Origin: Candidatus Falkowbacteria bacterium GW2011_GWF2_43_32
GTDB lineage: Bacteria > Patescibacteriota > Patescibacteriia > Patescibacteriales > UBA12465
DNA length: 64,000 bases
Direction of reading: 5' to 3'
Assembly (NCBI GenBank): GCA_000999715.1
Contig: LCGL01000001.1
Location: forward strand, 323,139-387,138
In this document: piece after piece, positions 7,364 through 18,398 of the stretch
Layout of the letters: each line of letters opens with the position of its first letter
Numbering within the stretch: position 1 is the first letter of the stretch
Position numbers and translations under genes: made by a program
The notes under the pieces: model-generated
Seen by the model: only the letters and a program-made list of their open reading frames with translations
Told to the model about the DNA's origin: nothing
Database searches by the model: none

Positions 7364-8173
7364 TTATTCTATCACTTCTCTTTGCCGTAAGACCTCAAAA
7401 ATAATGACCGCGGCCGCCACTGAAACATTGAGGGAGTCGATTCCCTTGTTCATCGGAATTTTAATCAGCTCGTCGGCGTCTTTCAACCACTTAGCACTTA
7501 AGCCTTCGGACTCCGATCCTAAAATAATCGCCGTCGGCCCGCTCAAATCAACTTGCGTATAATTTTTAGAAGCGCCGGTGGCCGCGCCAAAGCTTTTTAT
7601 TTTCTTTTCTTTCAACCATTTAATCGTTTCGACGATAGACGCGCTGACGACTTTTTCCGTAAAAACAAGTCCTTCGCTGGCTCTAATAACATTCGGATTA
7701 TAAATGTCCGTTTGATTGTCGTTAACAATCACCGCCGCCGCGCCGGCCGCATAGGCGGTTCGGATTATCGCCCCGAGGTTTCCCGGTTTTTCCACCGCCT
7801 CCAGAACAACAATTAATGGATTATCGTTTAGTCTGATGTCTTTAAAGGTCGTTTCTTTTGTTTCGGCAATCGCCAAAAATCCCTCCGGCTTTTCTTTATA
7901 TGAAATCTTATGAAAAGCCGATTCGGAAACTTCAATTATTTTTTCCGTAGCCACTCCGAAAAATTTATCGCTGTTCCCGACAGTGCCCTTTATCAAGCTC
8001 GGACAATAAAACAAATTATTGATTTTCAATCCGGCCTCAATCGCCAATTCAATTTCGCGCGCACCGTCAATAATAATCAAACCGCGAGTTTTTCTTTCGC
8101 CGGTCTTTTTAAGTCGCACCGCTTCCTTGATTGTCTGATTGCTCAGGCTATTTATTGTTTTCATAATTTTCAA
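7364..8173 (-). CDS. TrmH/SpoU family RNA methyltransferase
   Basis: KPGNLGAIIRTA, GSESEGLS, IPM..DSLNVSVAA SPOUT motifs. Confidence 0.92.
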   Translation of the reverse strand: MKIMKTINSLSNQTIKEAVRLKKTGERKTRGLIIIDGAREIELAIEAGLKINNLFYCPSLIKGTVGNSDKFFGVATEKIIEVSESAFHKISYKEKPEGFLAIAETKETTFKDIRLNDNPLIVVLEAVEKPGNLGAIIRTAYAAGAAAVIVNDNQTDIYNPNVIRASEGLVFTEKVVSASIVETIKWLKEKKIKSFGAATGASKNYTQVDLSGPTAIILGSESEGLSAKWLKDADELIKIPMNKGIDSLNVSVAAAVIIFEVLRQREVIE

Positions 8174-8263
8174 ACTGCTTTTATTATATCAACAAACCCT
8201 CGGCATTACAAAAGCCCCCGAAAACTCGGGGGCCCTGAATAATCAAATTATAAAAACTAAATC

Positions 8264-8851
8264 TTATTTACTGCCCATAGCGCGAGTATAGGCGCTGGTA
8301 CCGACACTATAATTTTTATTACTTTTCTCCGGCAAATCGGCCAAGTCAACCTCAATGTCAACATATTTTTTAACGGAATCTAAAACCGAAAACATGTCCA
8401 CTTCTTTCCCCGAATTAAATAAGGTAATAGCATTTTTTAACACTCCAAAAGATTTGGCCCTTTTTTCTTCAACCAATTTTTCGCTACCCAGGGCTTTGCC
8501 GATGCCTTTTAAAATTCCACCCAAACCATGTTTAACTTCTTTTTCTTTGTCCGACCAAGCTTTAATTTTTTCTTTAATTTCGTTAAGCTTCAGCGCGGTC
8601 AATTCTCTGATTTTTTCCTTATCTTCGCCTTTTTCCTGACCGCCGATTTCCTTGATTTCTTCCCGTGTTTTTCCTAAACTTTGTTTTTCCGAGGCCGCAA
8701 TGGCCGCCGCTTGCTCTACGGAGCGATTATCCGCCGAAGAATCCGCTTCTAAAACCTCCGTCATTGTGGCCGAAAGATCTTTAGAAATCTCCTTTTCTTT
8801 GGAAGCTTCTTGGTTGCTAACGCCGGGCACTTTTTCAAAATTGTCTAACAT
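8264..8851 (-). CDS. hypothetical charged protein
   Basis: 195-aa E/K-rich ORF followed by terminator 8211-8235. Confidence 0.7.
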   Translation of the reverse strand: MLDNFEKVPGVSNQEASKEKEISKDLSATMTEVLEADSSADNRSVEQAAAIAASEKQSLGKTREEIKEIGGQEKGEDKEKIRELTALKLNEIKEKIKAWSDKEKEVKHGLGGILKGIGKALGSEKLVEEKRAKSFGVLKNAITLFNSGKEVDMFSVLDSVKKYVDIEVDLADLPEKSNKNYSVGTSAYTRAMGSK

Positions 8852-9054
8852 ATGCTTTTGATTATCTATAATAAGGCTTTTTCAAGCATTTTTAATAATG
8901 TTATTATAACACAAAACTCAAAAATAATCAAGAGCAACCAATTAAGCGCTTATTATGGCCCTAATATCAGCTAAAATTATTAAAAATTTCTAAAAAATCG
9001 ACTAAAATGATATAATAAAAAGGCTATTTTAAATTCTACCTCTTTAACTATTAT

Positions 9055-11844
9055 ATGCCTATTCCTCAGCTACGTTCAAGAAGTTACGGCTCTTGGCACA
9101 ATCAAAAAAATTATTCTCGCCCCAAAAATTCTCCTTTGATCCACCGCAAAAAGAAGCAAAAATTAATAAAAAAATTGATTTCCTTCGCCTTGGTGTCGGG
9201 GCTTTTCTTGCTAATTTTCGGATCAATTTATATTTCCTTGATTTCCCGTAATCTGCCTAACCCGAATGAATTGATTAACCGCGAGGTGGCACAAAGCACC
9301 AAAATATATGATCGCACCGGCGAACATGTTTTATATGAAATCAGCGGCGATCAAAAAAGAACTTTGGTCGCGCTTCAAGATATTCCCGACAACGTCAAGC
9401 AGGCAACAATCGCGATTGAGGACAAAAATTTTTATACTCACGGCGCTTTCAGCGTTTGGGCCATGTTTCGCACCGCCGTCACCAATGTTTTGTTTGGACG
9501 CAGTGCCGGCGGCTCCACCCTCACTCAACAATTTATAAAAAATGCCGTTCTGACTCCGGAAAAAACCATTACCAGAAAAATCAAAGAGTTGATTCTGGCT
9601 TATCGTCTGGAAAAGAAATTTTCCAAAGACGAAATCTTACAGATGTATTTAAATGAAATTCCTTACGGTTCCAACGCTTACGGCGTGGAAGCTGCCAGTC
9701 AAAAATACTTCGACAAGAATGTGAAAGATTTAGCTCTGGAAGAAGCGGCCATCTTGGCGGCTATAGTACAAATGCCGACCCGCTATTCTCCCTATGGCCC
9801 CAACAAGGACATTCTTTTGGGACGTAAAGATTATGTTTTAACTTTGCTGGCCGAACAAGGTTATATTTCCGAGCAAGAGCGCGATGAAGCGCAAAAAAAA
9901 GAAATAGTCTTCAAAAATCCGGGGACCAAAATTACCGCCCCCCATTTTGTCATGTACATAAAAGAAATTGTCGCCGAAAAATACGGCGAACAAATGGTTG
10001 AACAAGACGGTTTAAAAATTTATACCACCCTTGATCTTTACAAACAAAAAATTGCCGAAGAGGTTATCGCCGCACGTTCCGAAGATTATCCTAAAAAATA
10101 TAATGCCAATAACGCCGCCCTGATTTCTCTCGATCCCAAAACCGGACAAATTCTGGCCATGGTCGGTTCGCGAGATTATTTTGACGATTCCATCAACGGT
10201 CAGGTAAATGTCACCACGCGTCCCCGTCAACCGGGCTCTTCCATGAAGCCGATAGTATACGCCGCTTTATTTGAAAAAGGTTACACTCCAAACACAATTT
10301 TATATGATACTCTCACCAATTTCTCCACCAACAGCACCCCTTATTCTCCCCATAATTACGATGATAAAGAGCGTGGTCCGGTAACCGTTCGTCAGGCTCT
10401 GGCTGGCTCTTTAAATATCCCCGCTGTTAAAGCGATTTATTTAGCCGACATCAACACCGTTATCGATTTGGCTGAAAATATGGGCTACACCACTCTTTAT
10501 CCGCGCAATCGCTTCGGGCTCTCGTTGGTATTGGGCGGCGGAGAAGTTAAACTTTTGGAACATACAAACGCCTATAGTGCCTTCGCCCGCGACGGTCAAA
10601 TCAGCGCTGTAACGGGAATTTTGAAAATTGAAGACAAAAACGGCCGCATTATTGAAGAATACCGGGCGACCGAAAAAAAGGCTTTGAGTTCCAAGGTCGC
10701 CAGAATGATTAACAATGTTTTATCGGACAATCAGGCGCGCGCCTATATTTTCGGCGAAAAAAACTACCTGACGCTAGGTAATCGGCCGGTAGCCGCCAAA
10801 ACCGGTACCACCAACGACTATCATGATGCTTGGACGATTGGTTACACCCCTTCGTTGGTAACGGGCGTCTGGGTGGGCAACAGCGACAATAAAGCGATGA
10901 CCGGACGTGCCGACGGCAGTATTTTAGCCGCTCCCATTTGGCACGATTTTATGGACAAAGTTTTAGGCGACACCCCACAGGAAACATTCAAAGAACCGGA
11001 AGACTATAAAACCGGAAAACCTGTTTTAGACGGAGAAGTTTCCCTGGGACAAAACGGCTCGCCGATTCATCACAGCATTCTTTATTACGTGAATAAAGAT
11101 GATCCTCTTGGTTCAACACCAAATAACCCCGATAAAGATCCGCAATTTACCGCTTGGGAAAATTCTGTTCAAGAATGGGCAAATAAAAACGCCACTTCTT
11201 CTCCGGACGGCTCCGGCAACGGCGAGTTTAATGTCCCGGAAAACCTTCCGACGCTTAAAATAGATTCCCCGACAGCCAACGAAACCATTACCGTCAGCGA
11301 ACTAAAAATATCTTTAACGGCGGACGCGCCGCGTGGCATCAACCGGACGGAATATTATATTAACGGCAACCTCTGGGAATCTCGTTGGAATCACCCGGAA
11401 CCGTTTATTAAAGAAATAAATTTTTTAAATAACGGTTATCATTCTCTCCGGGTCAAGGTTTGCGATGATGTTAAAAATTGCCGCGAAGAAGAAATTAACT
11501 TTAATCTTTTAATAAAAAATAATCCGGTCAGTGCCGGAAAAAATTCTCTTATTCTGTCCGGTCTAACGACCGGAGTGGCCGCCACCGCCCTTGATTTTCC
11601 TCTCGCCCTGGAATTGCAAATTGCCAAGCCGGAACGTGTGGCTGAAATCCGTTTATTTTCCAGAAATTCCGATACCGGCGAAGTTCTTCTTATCGGCGAA
11701 TTTGCCGGACCGTTCGGACAAACAATTTCTACCGATACGGGGCCGGCTCCGGCCGTCGGCTCTTACGCCGTTTATGGAGAACTCAAAGATTGGAACGGAG
11801 AAACGATAACCAGTAATGAAATAAAAATAACCGTCAGCCAATAA
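9055..11844 (+). CDS. class A penicillin-binding protein (transglycosylase/transpeptidase) with C-terminal Ig-like domains
   Basis: EDKNFY.H, GGSTLTQQ, RKIKE (GT51); SSMK, SLN, KTG (transpeptidase); N-terminal TM. Confidence 0.93.
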   Translation: MPIPQLRSRSYGSWHNQKNYSRPKNSPLIHRKKKQKLIKKLISFALVSGLFLLIFGSIYISLISRNLPNPNELINREVAQSTKIYDRTGEHVLYEISGDQKRTLVALQDIPDNVKQATIAIEDKNFYTHGAFSVWAMFRTAVTNVLFGRSAGGSTLTQQFIKNAVLTPEKTITRKIKELILAYRLEKKFSKDEILQMYLNEIPYGSNAYGVEAASQKYFDKNVKDLALEEAAILAAIVQMPTRYSPYGPNKDILLGRKDYVLTLLAEQGYISEQERDEAQKKEIVFKNPGTKITAPHFVMYIKEIVAEKYGEQMVEQDGLKIYTTLDLYKQKIAEEVIAARSEDYPKKYNANNAALISLDPKTGQILAMVGSRDYFDDSINGQVNVTTRPRQPGSSMKPIVYAALFEKGYTPNTILYDTLTNFSTNSTPYSPHNYDDKERGPVTVRQALAGSLNIPAVKAIYLADINTVIDLAENMGYTTLYPRNRFGLSLVLGGGEVKLLEHTNAYSAFARDGQISAVTGILKIEDKNGRIIEEYRATEKKALSSKVARMINNVLSDNQARAYIFGEKNYLTLGNRPVAAKTGTTNDYHDAWTIGYTPSLVTGVWVGNSDNKAMTGRADGSILAAPIWHDFMDKVLGDTPQETFKEPEDYKTGKPVLDGEVSLGQNGSPIHHSILYYVNKDDPLGSTPNNPDKDPQFTAWENSVQEWANKNATSSPDGSGNGEFNVPENLPTLKIDSPTANETITVSELKISLTADAPRGINRTEYYINGNLWESRWNHPEPFIKEINFLNNGYHSLRVKVCDDVKNCREEEINFNLLIKNNPVSAGKNSLILSGLTTGVAATALDFPLALELQIAKPERVAEIRLFSRNSDTGEVLLIGEFAGPFGQTISTDTGPAPAVGSYAVYGELKDWNGETITSNEIKITVSQ

Positions 11845-11853
11845 AACTATAAC

Positions 11854-12978
11854 TTATTGTCCGATAGGCATAACGATATAAAGATAGTTATTGTCTTTTT
11901 CCGGTTTTAATAAAAACGGTTGTTTGTCGTTAAGAAGTCCGATTTTAACACGATCGTCATCAATATTATTTAGGCCGTCAAGTAAATAGCGGAAATTAAT
12001 GGTAATCTCGTTATCGCCACCGCTTACTTCCGCGGCCACTTCTATCTGACTTTCTCCGCTTGCCCCGGAAGACGCGGAAACGATAACTTTATTTTTATTA
12101 AAATTCAAAGTGACATCATTAAGGCCGGTTTTGGAAAACAGGGCGGCGGCTTTAACAGCGCGAAGTAGTTCTGTGCGTTCAATAATTGCCTCCATTTGGC
12201 TTTGCGCGGGAATGATTTGCTTATAGTCCGGATAATGACCGTTAACCAGACGGGAAATCAGACTAACCGAATCAATTGTAAATAAAATTTGATTATCGGA
12301 TAAATAAATTTTAATTTCCGGCGTTCCTTCGATATTACCGGAATCAAAATTATTTAAGATTCTCAATAATTCTTGAATCGTCTTGGCGGGAACAATAACT
12401 TTATGTTCTGCACTACTTTCATCTGCTAGAGCGGCAATTTCTTTTTCCGCCAAACGATAACTGTCCGTGGCCGCCAAACTTAGGCGGTTTTTAATAAAAG
12501 AAAACAAAACGCCGGTTAACTCTACCCTGTTTTCGCTGGTCGCGACCGCAAAAACAACGCTATTAAGGGCTCTCTTTAGGTCGTCCGCCTGACAAACATA
12601 GGGATTGTCTTTGGGAATGGTGGGGATTAAAGGAAATTCTTTGGCCTCCTCACCTTTTATTTTTGTTTTATAGTTTCCGCACTCAACCGCCAACTCGCTT
12701 TCTTTAACTTCAACTTTTACTTTTTCTCCGCTATTCAATAAATTAACATATTCGGTAATCAGTTTGGCGTCCACCGTAAACTGTCCGTCTTTTTCGATTT
12801 TTCCGCGAACCTGATGAACGACCCCAATTTCCAGGTTGGTGCTTACCAGTTCAATATTTCCTCCCTCGACTTTAATTAAAATATTATTAAGAATCGGAAG
12901 ATTAATATTCTTGGCGGTGGCATGACCGACAATATTTAAACCGCGTTTTAAATTTTCTTGTAAACCGATGAAACGCAT
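11854..12978 (-). CDS. dnaN: DNA polymerase III beta clamp
   Basis: ATDSYRLA, G.YPDY, YIVMP; downstream of dnaA. Confidence 0.97.
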   Translation of the reverse strand: MRFIGLQENLKRGLNIVGHATAKNINLPILNNILIKVEGGNIELVSTNLEIGVVHQVRGKIEKDGQFTVDAKLITEYVNLLNSGEKVKVEVKESELAVECGNYKTKIKGEEAKEFPLIPTIPKDNPYVCQADDLKRALNSVVFAVATSENRVELTGVLFSFIKNRLSLAATDSYRLAEKEIAALADESSAEHKVIVPAKTIQELLRILNNFDSGNIEGTPEIKIYLSDNQILFTIDSVSLISRLVNGHYPDYKQIIPAQSQMEAIIERTELLRAVKAAALFSKTGLNDVTLNFNKNKVIVSASSGASGESQIEVAAEVSGGDNEITINFRYLLDGLNNIDDDRVKIGLLNDKQPFLLKPEKDNNYLYIVMPIGQ

Positions 12979-13241
12979 ATAGTTATAATTGTTATATTAT
13001 TTATTATATTAATTAATAATAACAATAAGGGAGTGGATAATTTTTACTTTTGGCGATTTTTTTAAAATTTATTAAGGATTTTTTAGATTTTCATGTTGAT
13101 AACTCTCGGGGCGTTTTGTTGATTACTTTTGACAACCGGTGGACAGAAAAAATATTTTTTAAGTTATTCACAAAACACTTTTTTTATCCACAAAGAAATT
13201 AACAAGATATCAACAAAATATTTGGTTAAAAACGGGCGGTT
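12979..13241. promoter_or_regulatory. probable oriC (DnaA boxes and AT-rich unwinding region) between dnaA and dnaN
   Basis: TTATCCACA 13184-13192, TTATTCACA 13164-13172, GTGGATAA ~13033, several near-boxes; very AT-rich 12981-13030. Confidence 0.75.
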
Positions 13242-14630
13242 TTAATAAGCGGCGGTAAATAACTGTCGGATAGAATCTACCTCTTGCTTTATCTTTTTGT
13301 TTTCCAACTCTTTTATTTCTTGGGAAATTTTGTTGTAAGAGTGCATGGCGGTGGTGTGGTCGCGCCCGCCCAGTTCGGCTCCGATTGCCGGATAAGACGT
13401 TCCCAGCTCTTCTCTAATCAAGAAAATGGCGATTTGTCTGGGCCAAACCAACTCCTTTTTGCGACTTTCCCCGGTCAGATCTTTATAATTTAAATTATAA
13501 AATTTGGCGGTTGTTTCAATAATTTCTTTGGGAGTCAGGGACCTTAATTGAATATTGGAAACATAGTCATTAAGAATCTCTTTGACCGTTTTAAGAGACG
13601 GAGACAATCCTTTAAATTGGTGCGAGGCAATAACCTTTGTTAAAGCTCCTTCCAGTTCTCGAATGTTGTTTTGAACGTGATCAGCAATGTAGGATAAGAT
13701 TTCTTTATCTAAAGGAAAGTTTTTTTCCAATGACTTTTTTTCTAAAATAGCAATTTTAGTTTCTATGTCCGGCTTGCCGATGTCGGCCACCATCCCCGAT
13801 TCAAACCGGGAAATCAGCCGTTTTTCAATCGCCGGCAAGGATTTTGGCGGACGATCGGAGGTCAAAACAATTTGCTTGTCGTTTTGTTGCAGTTCATTGA
13901 AGGTATGAAAGAATTCTTCTTGAGTTCCGTCTTTCCCACCCATAAATTGCACGTCGTCCACCAAAAGCAAGTCAACATTACGATAAAGATTTTTAAATTC
14001 TTTTGCTTTTCCGGTTTTTACGGCCTGGATATAATTATTGGTGAATTTTTCACTGGTGGTATATAATATTTTGTCACTGGTTTTGGCCACGACGCCGCCG
14101 ATCGCCTGAAGAAGATGGGTTTTTCCCAAGCCGACACCACCGTAAATAAACAAAGGGTTGTAAGATTTACCGAGATTTTCCGCCACAGCCAAGCAAGCGG
14201 CATGGGCCAACTCGTTGCCGCGTCCGACAATAAAATTTTCAAAGACATAGCGCGGATTTAGCCCGAAGCGGTTGCTTCCGCCATTCGATTCCCGAGAAAC
14301 GGAAGAATCGTTTTTAATCGTTTGAATGGGAGTCTCGATTTTTGTTTCACTTTTAGTCGCGAGAGGCGCTTGTCCGCCGCGTCGTAACTCGATTTTATAA
14401 ATAATTTCTTGGATCGGTTTTTTGGAAACGTTTTCCAGCGCACCGAGAATGTTTTTATGATATTTTTCCTCCAGCCATTTTTTTACAAAGGCGTTGGGAA
14501 CGCAAATAATGACTCGGTCATTTTCAAAAGAGGAAAGAAAGGTATCTTTAAACCAGGTAACAAAATTTGCTCGAGACAGCCCTATTTCAATTTCACCCAA
14601 AACGGCTTGCCATATTTGTTCGTTGGTCAT
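13242..14630 (-). CDS. dnaA: chromosomal replication initiator DnaA
   Basis: YNPLFIYGGVGLGKTHL, DDVQF, QEEFFHTFN, NIRELEGAL, GGRDHTT. Confidence 0.98.
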   Translation of the reverse strand: MTNEQIWQAVLGEIEIGLSRANFVTWFKDTFLSSFENDRVIICVPNAFVKKWLEEKYHKNILGALENVSKKPIQEIIYKIELRRGGQAPLATKSETKIETPIQTIKNDSSVSRESNGGSNRFGLNPRYVFENFIVGRGNELAHAACLAVAENLGKSYNPLFIYGGVGLGKTHLLQAIGGVVAKTSDKILYTTSEKFTNNYIQAVKTGKAKEFKNLYRNVDLLLVDDVQFMGGKDGTQEEFFHTFNELQQNDKQIVLTSDRPPKSLPAIEKRLISRFESGMVADIGKPDIETKIAILEKKSLEKNFPLDKEILSYIADHVQNNIRELEGALTKVIASHQFKGLSPSLKTVKEILNDYVSNIQLRSLTPKEIIETTAKFYNLNYKDLTGESRKKELVWPRQIAIFLIREELGTSYPAIGAELGGRDHTTAMHSYNKISQEIKELENKKIKQEVDSIRQLFTAAY

Positions 14631-14841
14631 AAGCGTGAAGTTGATAAGAATCCTTAATCGGAAAATATTAATAAATTTATAGTAGTCTAATTATATTAGA
14701 TAAACAAGTTCTTCACAAGTCGGAGTAATGTTTATAAGGTGTTGATAAGCGGGGGAAAACTATTTGGCGAGGTTTTAATCGGTTGACTTCGCCAAATAAA
14801 GGTGTTATGTTATAAAAATAATAAAGCATTTAATCATTAAT

Positions 14842-14979
14842 ATGCCCAAAAGAACTTATCAGCCCAATAAACGTCGCGCTAAAAAGAAACATGGTTTTAT
14901 CAAGAGAATGGAAACCAAGGACGGGCGCAAGGTTTTAAAACGTCGTCGTCAAAAAGGCCGTAAAAAAATAAGCAAATAA
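14842..14979 (+). CDS. rpmH: 50S ribosomal protein L34
   Basis: Hand translation [45 protein letters not shown]; canonical position. Confidence 0.95.
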   Translation: MPKRTYQPNKRRAKKKHGFIKRMETKDGRKVLKRRRQKGRKKISK

Positions 14980-14995
14980 GCTAGACAAGCGTCGC

Positions 14996-15340
14996 ATGCT
15001 TCCTAAAAACAAAAGAATTAGACTTAATAAAGATTTTGACCATACTTTTAAGACTGGTCAATCTTTTTATGGGCAAATTTTAGGCATTAAAGCGGCTAAA
15101 AACATTCTCCCCGGCAATCGCTTGGGAATTATTATTAATACGAAAGTTAGCAAAAAAGCTGTTGTCAGAAATCGTTTAAAACGGCAAATTAGAGAAATCG
15201 TTAAAAAAGAATTTTCTCTGCTGACAACCGGACATGACCTGGTTATTATCGTTTTTCCGCCAATAATAGATAAAAATTTTTTAGAAATTACCGCGGTCAT
15301 AAAAACCGGCTTAAAGCGTTTGGGCTTATATAAAGGATAA
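14996..15340 (+). CDS. rnpA: RNase P protein component
   Basis: KKAVVRNRLKRQIRE motif; synteny. Confidence 0.95.
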   Translation: MLPKNKRIRLNKDFDHTFKTGQSFYGQILGIKAAKNILPGNRLGIIINTKVSKKAVVRNRLKRQIREIVKKEFSLLTTGHDLVIIVFPPIIDKNFLEITAVIKTGLKRLGLYKG

Positions 15341-15358
15341 TTGGAATTGATTAACAGT

Positions 15359-15616
15359 ATGTTAAATTATATAAAGCACGGGCCCAGAAGATTGGTGGTT
15401 AAATTGATTAGAATTTATCAAAAAACCCTGTCCTTTGATCATGGCCCGTTAAAAGTTTATTATCCGCACGGTTTTTGTCGTTTTTCTCCCACCTGTTCCG
15501 ACTATGGGGCGGAAGCGATTACTAAATATGGCTTAATCAAGGGAGGGTTGATGGCTGGTTGGCGGATTTTACGTTGCAACCCCTGGAATAAGGGTGGACA
15601 CGATCCCGTAAAATAG
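15359..15616 (+). CDS. yidD: membrane protein insertion efficiency factor
   Basis: [21 protein letters not shown]. Confidence 0.92.
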   Translation: MLNYIKHGPRRLVVKLIRIYQKTLSFDHGPLKVYYPHGFCRFSPTCSDYGAEAITKYGLIKGGLMAGWRILRCNPWNKGGHDPVK

Positions 15617-15663
15617 ACAAGTTATTGAATTTATAATTTTAATACTCAAGCGAGAATAATCGT

Positions 15664-16419
15664 ATGAACAACCTTTTTACAAGTATTTTTTATCAACCGA
15701 TTCTTAATTTATTGGTCTTTTTATACAATACCGTTTCTTTCCATGACCTGGGCGTATCCATTGTTTTGTTGACCGCGATCATCAAATTGGTTTTTTGGCC
15801 CCTGGGAAAATCATCCATTAAATCTCAAAAAGCTTTACAAGACTTACAACCGAAATTGGAGGAGTTGAAAAAAACCTATGCCGGTGATAAAGCCGGGTTG
15901 AGCCGGGCCACTATGGATTTGTATAAGGAAAATAAAGTTAATCCTTTTTCTTCTTGTTTGCCCTTGTTAATTCAATTACCTTTCTTGTGGGCGGTGTACC
16001 GCGTTTTTCGCGATGGCGTAAATAATAAACTGGACTTGGTTTATTCTTTTATTACTCGACCGGAAACGATGAATGTTATTTCTTTCGGACTCTGGGATTT
16101 ATCTCAGCGCAGTATTGCCTTGGCGATTTTAGCCGGGCTGGCTCAATTTTGGCAAGCAAAGATGTTGATGTCCAAAAAACCGGTTGTGACCACTCCCGGA
16201 TCTAAAGATGAAAGCATGGCCGCCATCATGAATAAGCAAATGCTTTATTTTATGCCGGCCATTACCGTTTTTATCGGCCTTTCTCTTCCGGCTGGCCTGA
16301 CTTTATATTGGTTTTTCTTTACTTTGTTTACCGCTTTACAGCAAGTGCTCACTTTTCGTGAAAAAAATACTCCGGAAAACCGGAGTAAAAACACCATTGA
16401 GGGTGAGTTGATAAAATAA
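15664..16419 (+). CDS. yidC: membrane protein insertase YidC (short form)
   Basis: LQPKLEELK, NPFSSCLPLLIQLP, GLTLYW. Confidence 0.93.
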   Translation: MNNLFTSIFYQPILNLLVFLYNTVSFHDLGVSIVLLTAIIKLVFWPLGKSSIKSQKALQDLQPKLEELKKTYAGDKAGLSRATMDLYKENKVNPFSSCLPLLIQLPFLWAVYRVFRDGVNNKLDLVYSFITRPETMNVISFGLWDLSQRSIALAILAGLAQFWQAKMLMSKKPVVTTPGSKDESMAAIMNKQMLYFMPAITVFIGLSLPAGLTLYWFFFTLFTALQQVLTFREKNTPENRSKNTIEGELIK

Positions 16420-16459
16420 ATAGTCAGCTATTTTAAAACGACCGGAATTCCGGTCGTTT

Positions 16460-18375
16460 TTAGTTAGAGGAAGAATCGGGAGCGGTCTCTCCGGAAACAG
16501 CCGTTTCTGAGGGCGGAGTTGTTTGGGAGGTTGAAGTGGCGACAGAGTCGGCCGGACTATCAGTGTTGTCTGTGGCGGGCGTTGAGGTGGCGGTAACACC
16601 GACCAGACAGACGGCCTGCCAGGGCACGTAGTGAGAACTGAAGCGTCGTTCTTGGACGGAGGTGGTGGTGGCTCCCTCCGGATAAACCACGGTGTAATCA
16701 AAATAAGCGTCGGCGCCGTTATGAGAGCTTTCCGTGCATTTTTTTTCTCCCGGCGCCAGATCCGTGGTTTCAATTATTTTTGTCGGTTCCGGTTTGACTA
16801 TATTGTAAATTACCGGAGTAGTGGTAGTTACCAGGCGACCGTCTCGTACTCCCCAAAAATCAAAATATAAATCGTCTTGAACAATGCGCGATTGAATAAG
16901 AATGTAATTACCGGTATCGTTTATGAAGCGAAAATCCGGAGCGGGATCGTAAATTGTTGCGTCTGTTCCGGCCGGCTCGTAGTAAGAAACGCGATAAGAA
17001 TGGTTGCGGCGAGCGGTTACCGGCAGTCCCGAGGCTAAAACGGTACGGAAGAGAGTGGTGCCGATTTGGCATAATCCGCCGCCGAATTCCGGAATGGTTT
17101 TATTGTCTTTGATAACCAACTCCGGCAAATATCCGGTTTCACCGGTGATTTCTCCCAGAGCTTTTAACAGTGAAAATTCTTCACCGGGCTTGATTAACAA
17201 ACCGTGTAAAGCTTTCGCGCCGACATTTATATTATGGCGGCGGTTGGCGGGAGAGCCGGCGAAGCGCGAAGAGCCGGTGCCGACCACTTCTTTTATTTGA
17301 AAATCATTATCGGCCGTAAATCCAGTTCCCTTTCGGCGGTAAAAATTATTTCGGCTATTTTGGTAATAGTCAGTTCTTGATTTATTTGTCGACCATTTTC
17401 TCCCACCTGCCAGCTGGTTACTCGATCATTTTTCATTTCAAAGCGCGGTCGGACGGCCTCTTTATTTACTTCGGGAGAAACGACGTCGTTCAGATATTGT
17501 TTAATTTTTTCCGAATTCAAAGACAAGGTTGCTCGGTCGTTGTTTTTTTGCGCGCCTAACCAGCCGATCAACTCGGTCGGTGTTATTTTCCAATATTTGG
17601 CCGTACTAGTGCCTTTTTCCGGTTCAAAAAAACGTAAGACCAGTTCTCCGCCGCTAAGAATGTTTTGTGCGCGCTCTTCTTGGCCGATTAAATCTTCTTG
17701 TCTGACCGTCGGATATTGAGTTTTGGTTTTAACTGCAATGATTTCATTTTTCAGGTTTTCCAAATTGGCGGAGAGTTCCGTTAAAATCGCCGCGTAGTTG
17801 ATTTCTTTGCCCAATTTTTCCGGACGAACTTCCAAGCGGAAATCGTTATCTTCGTTTTGCTTGTCAGTTACGGCGAAATAAGCGTCCGACGATGTTATGT
17901 TGAGCTCCGTAAAATTATCAGTTAAAAATTTGTTTATTCTCTCCGCATCCAAAGTGTAAAGAGCTTTGATTTTTTGTGAAGCTTGCGGACGGAAACGAGC
18001 GGATAAATAGGTAAAAAAATTGCGATCGGAAGGTTCTCCAAAAGCCGCCAGGGCGGTTTCGGCGGGATGAAAGGCTAATGAGAGATAAGAAAGATCGGAG
18101 TCAAAAGAGGCCACGGCCGGTGTCAGGGTGGCCGTTTTTTGTCCGGCCTGAAAAACTAAGCCGACGGTTTCTATTTTTTGCATTTCTTCGGTCAGCACTA
18201 TTTTGGCTTCATCCAAAGTCAATCCGCTTAATTCCGTTTCGCCGACCCTTACCCCGGGGTAAATCCGAGTGATATATTTATTTTTCCAAATCGAATAGTT
18301 AAGAATCAAAAAAAGAGCCAATAAAAAAATCGCCAAGAAGGAGATAATTTTAATTACTCGGGACTTCTTTTCCAT
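16460..18375 (-). pseudogene. VanW-family protein with peptidoglycan-binding region, split by a frameshift near 17300
   Basis: 17293-18375 has TM + YoaR-like region; 16460-17287 has VanW motifs (FGGGLCQIGTT, RRNHSY, DATIY); the downstream frame is open across the junction. Confidence 0.75.
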
Positions 18376-18398
18376 AGAAGTGTTTGCTTGATGCCGGC

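Noticed and set aside
17290..17345. Programmed ribosomal frameshift in the VanW gene
   Set aside because: No X-XXY-YYZ slippery site or obvious stimulatory structure; an indel is simpler.
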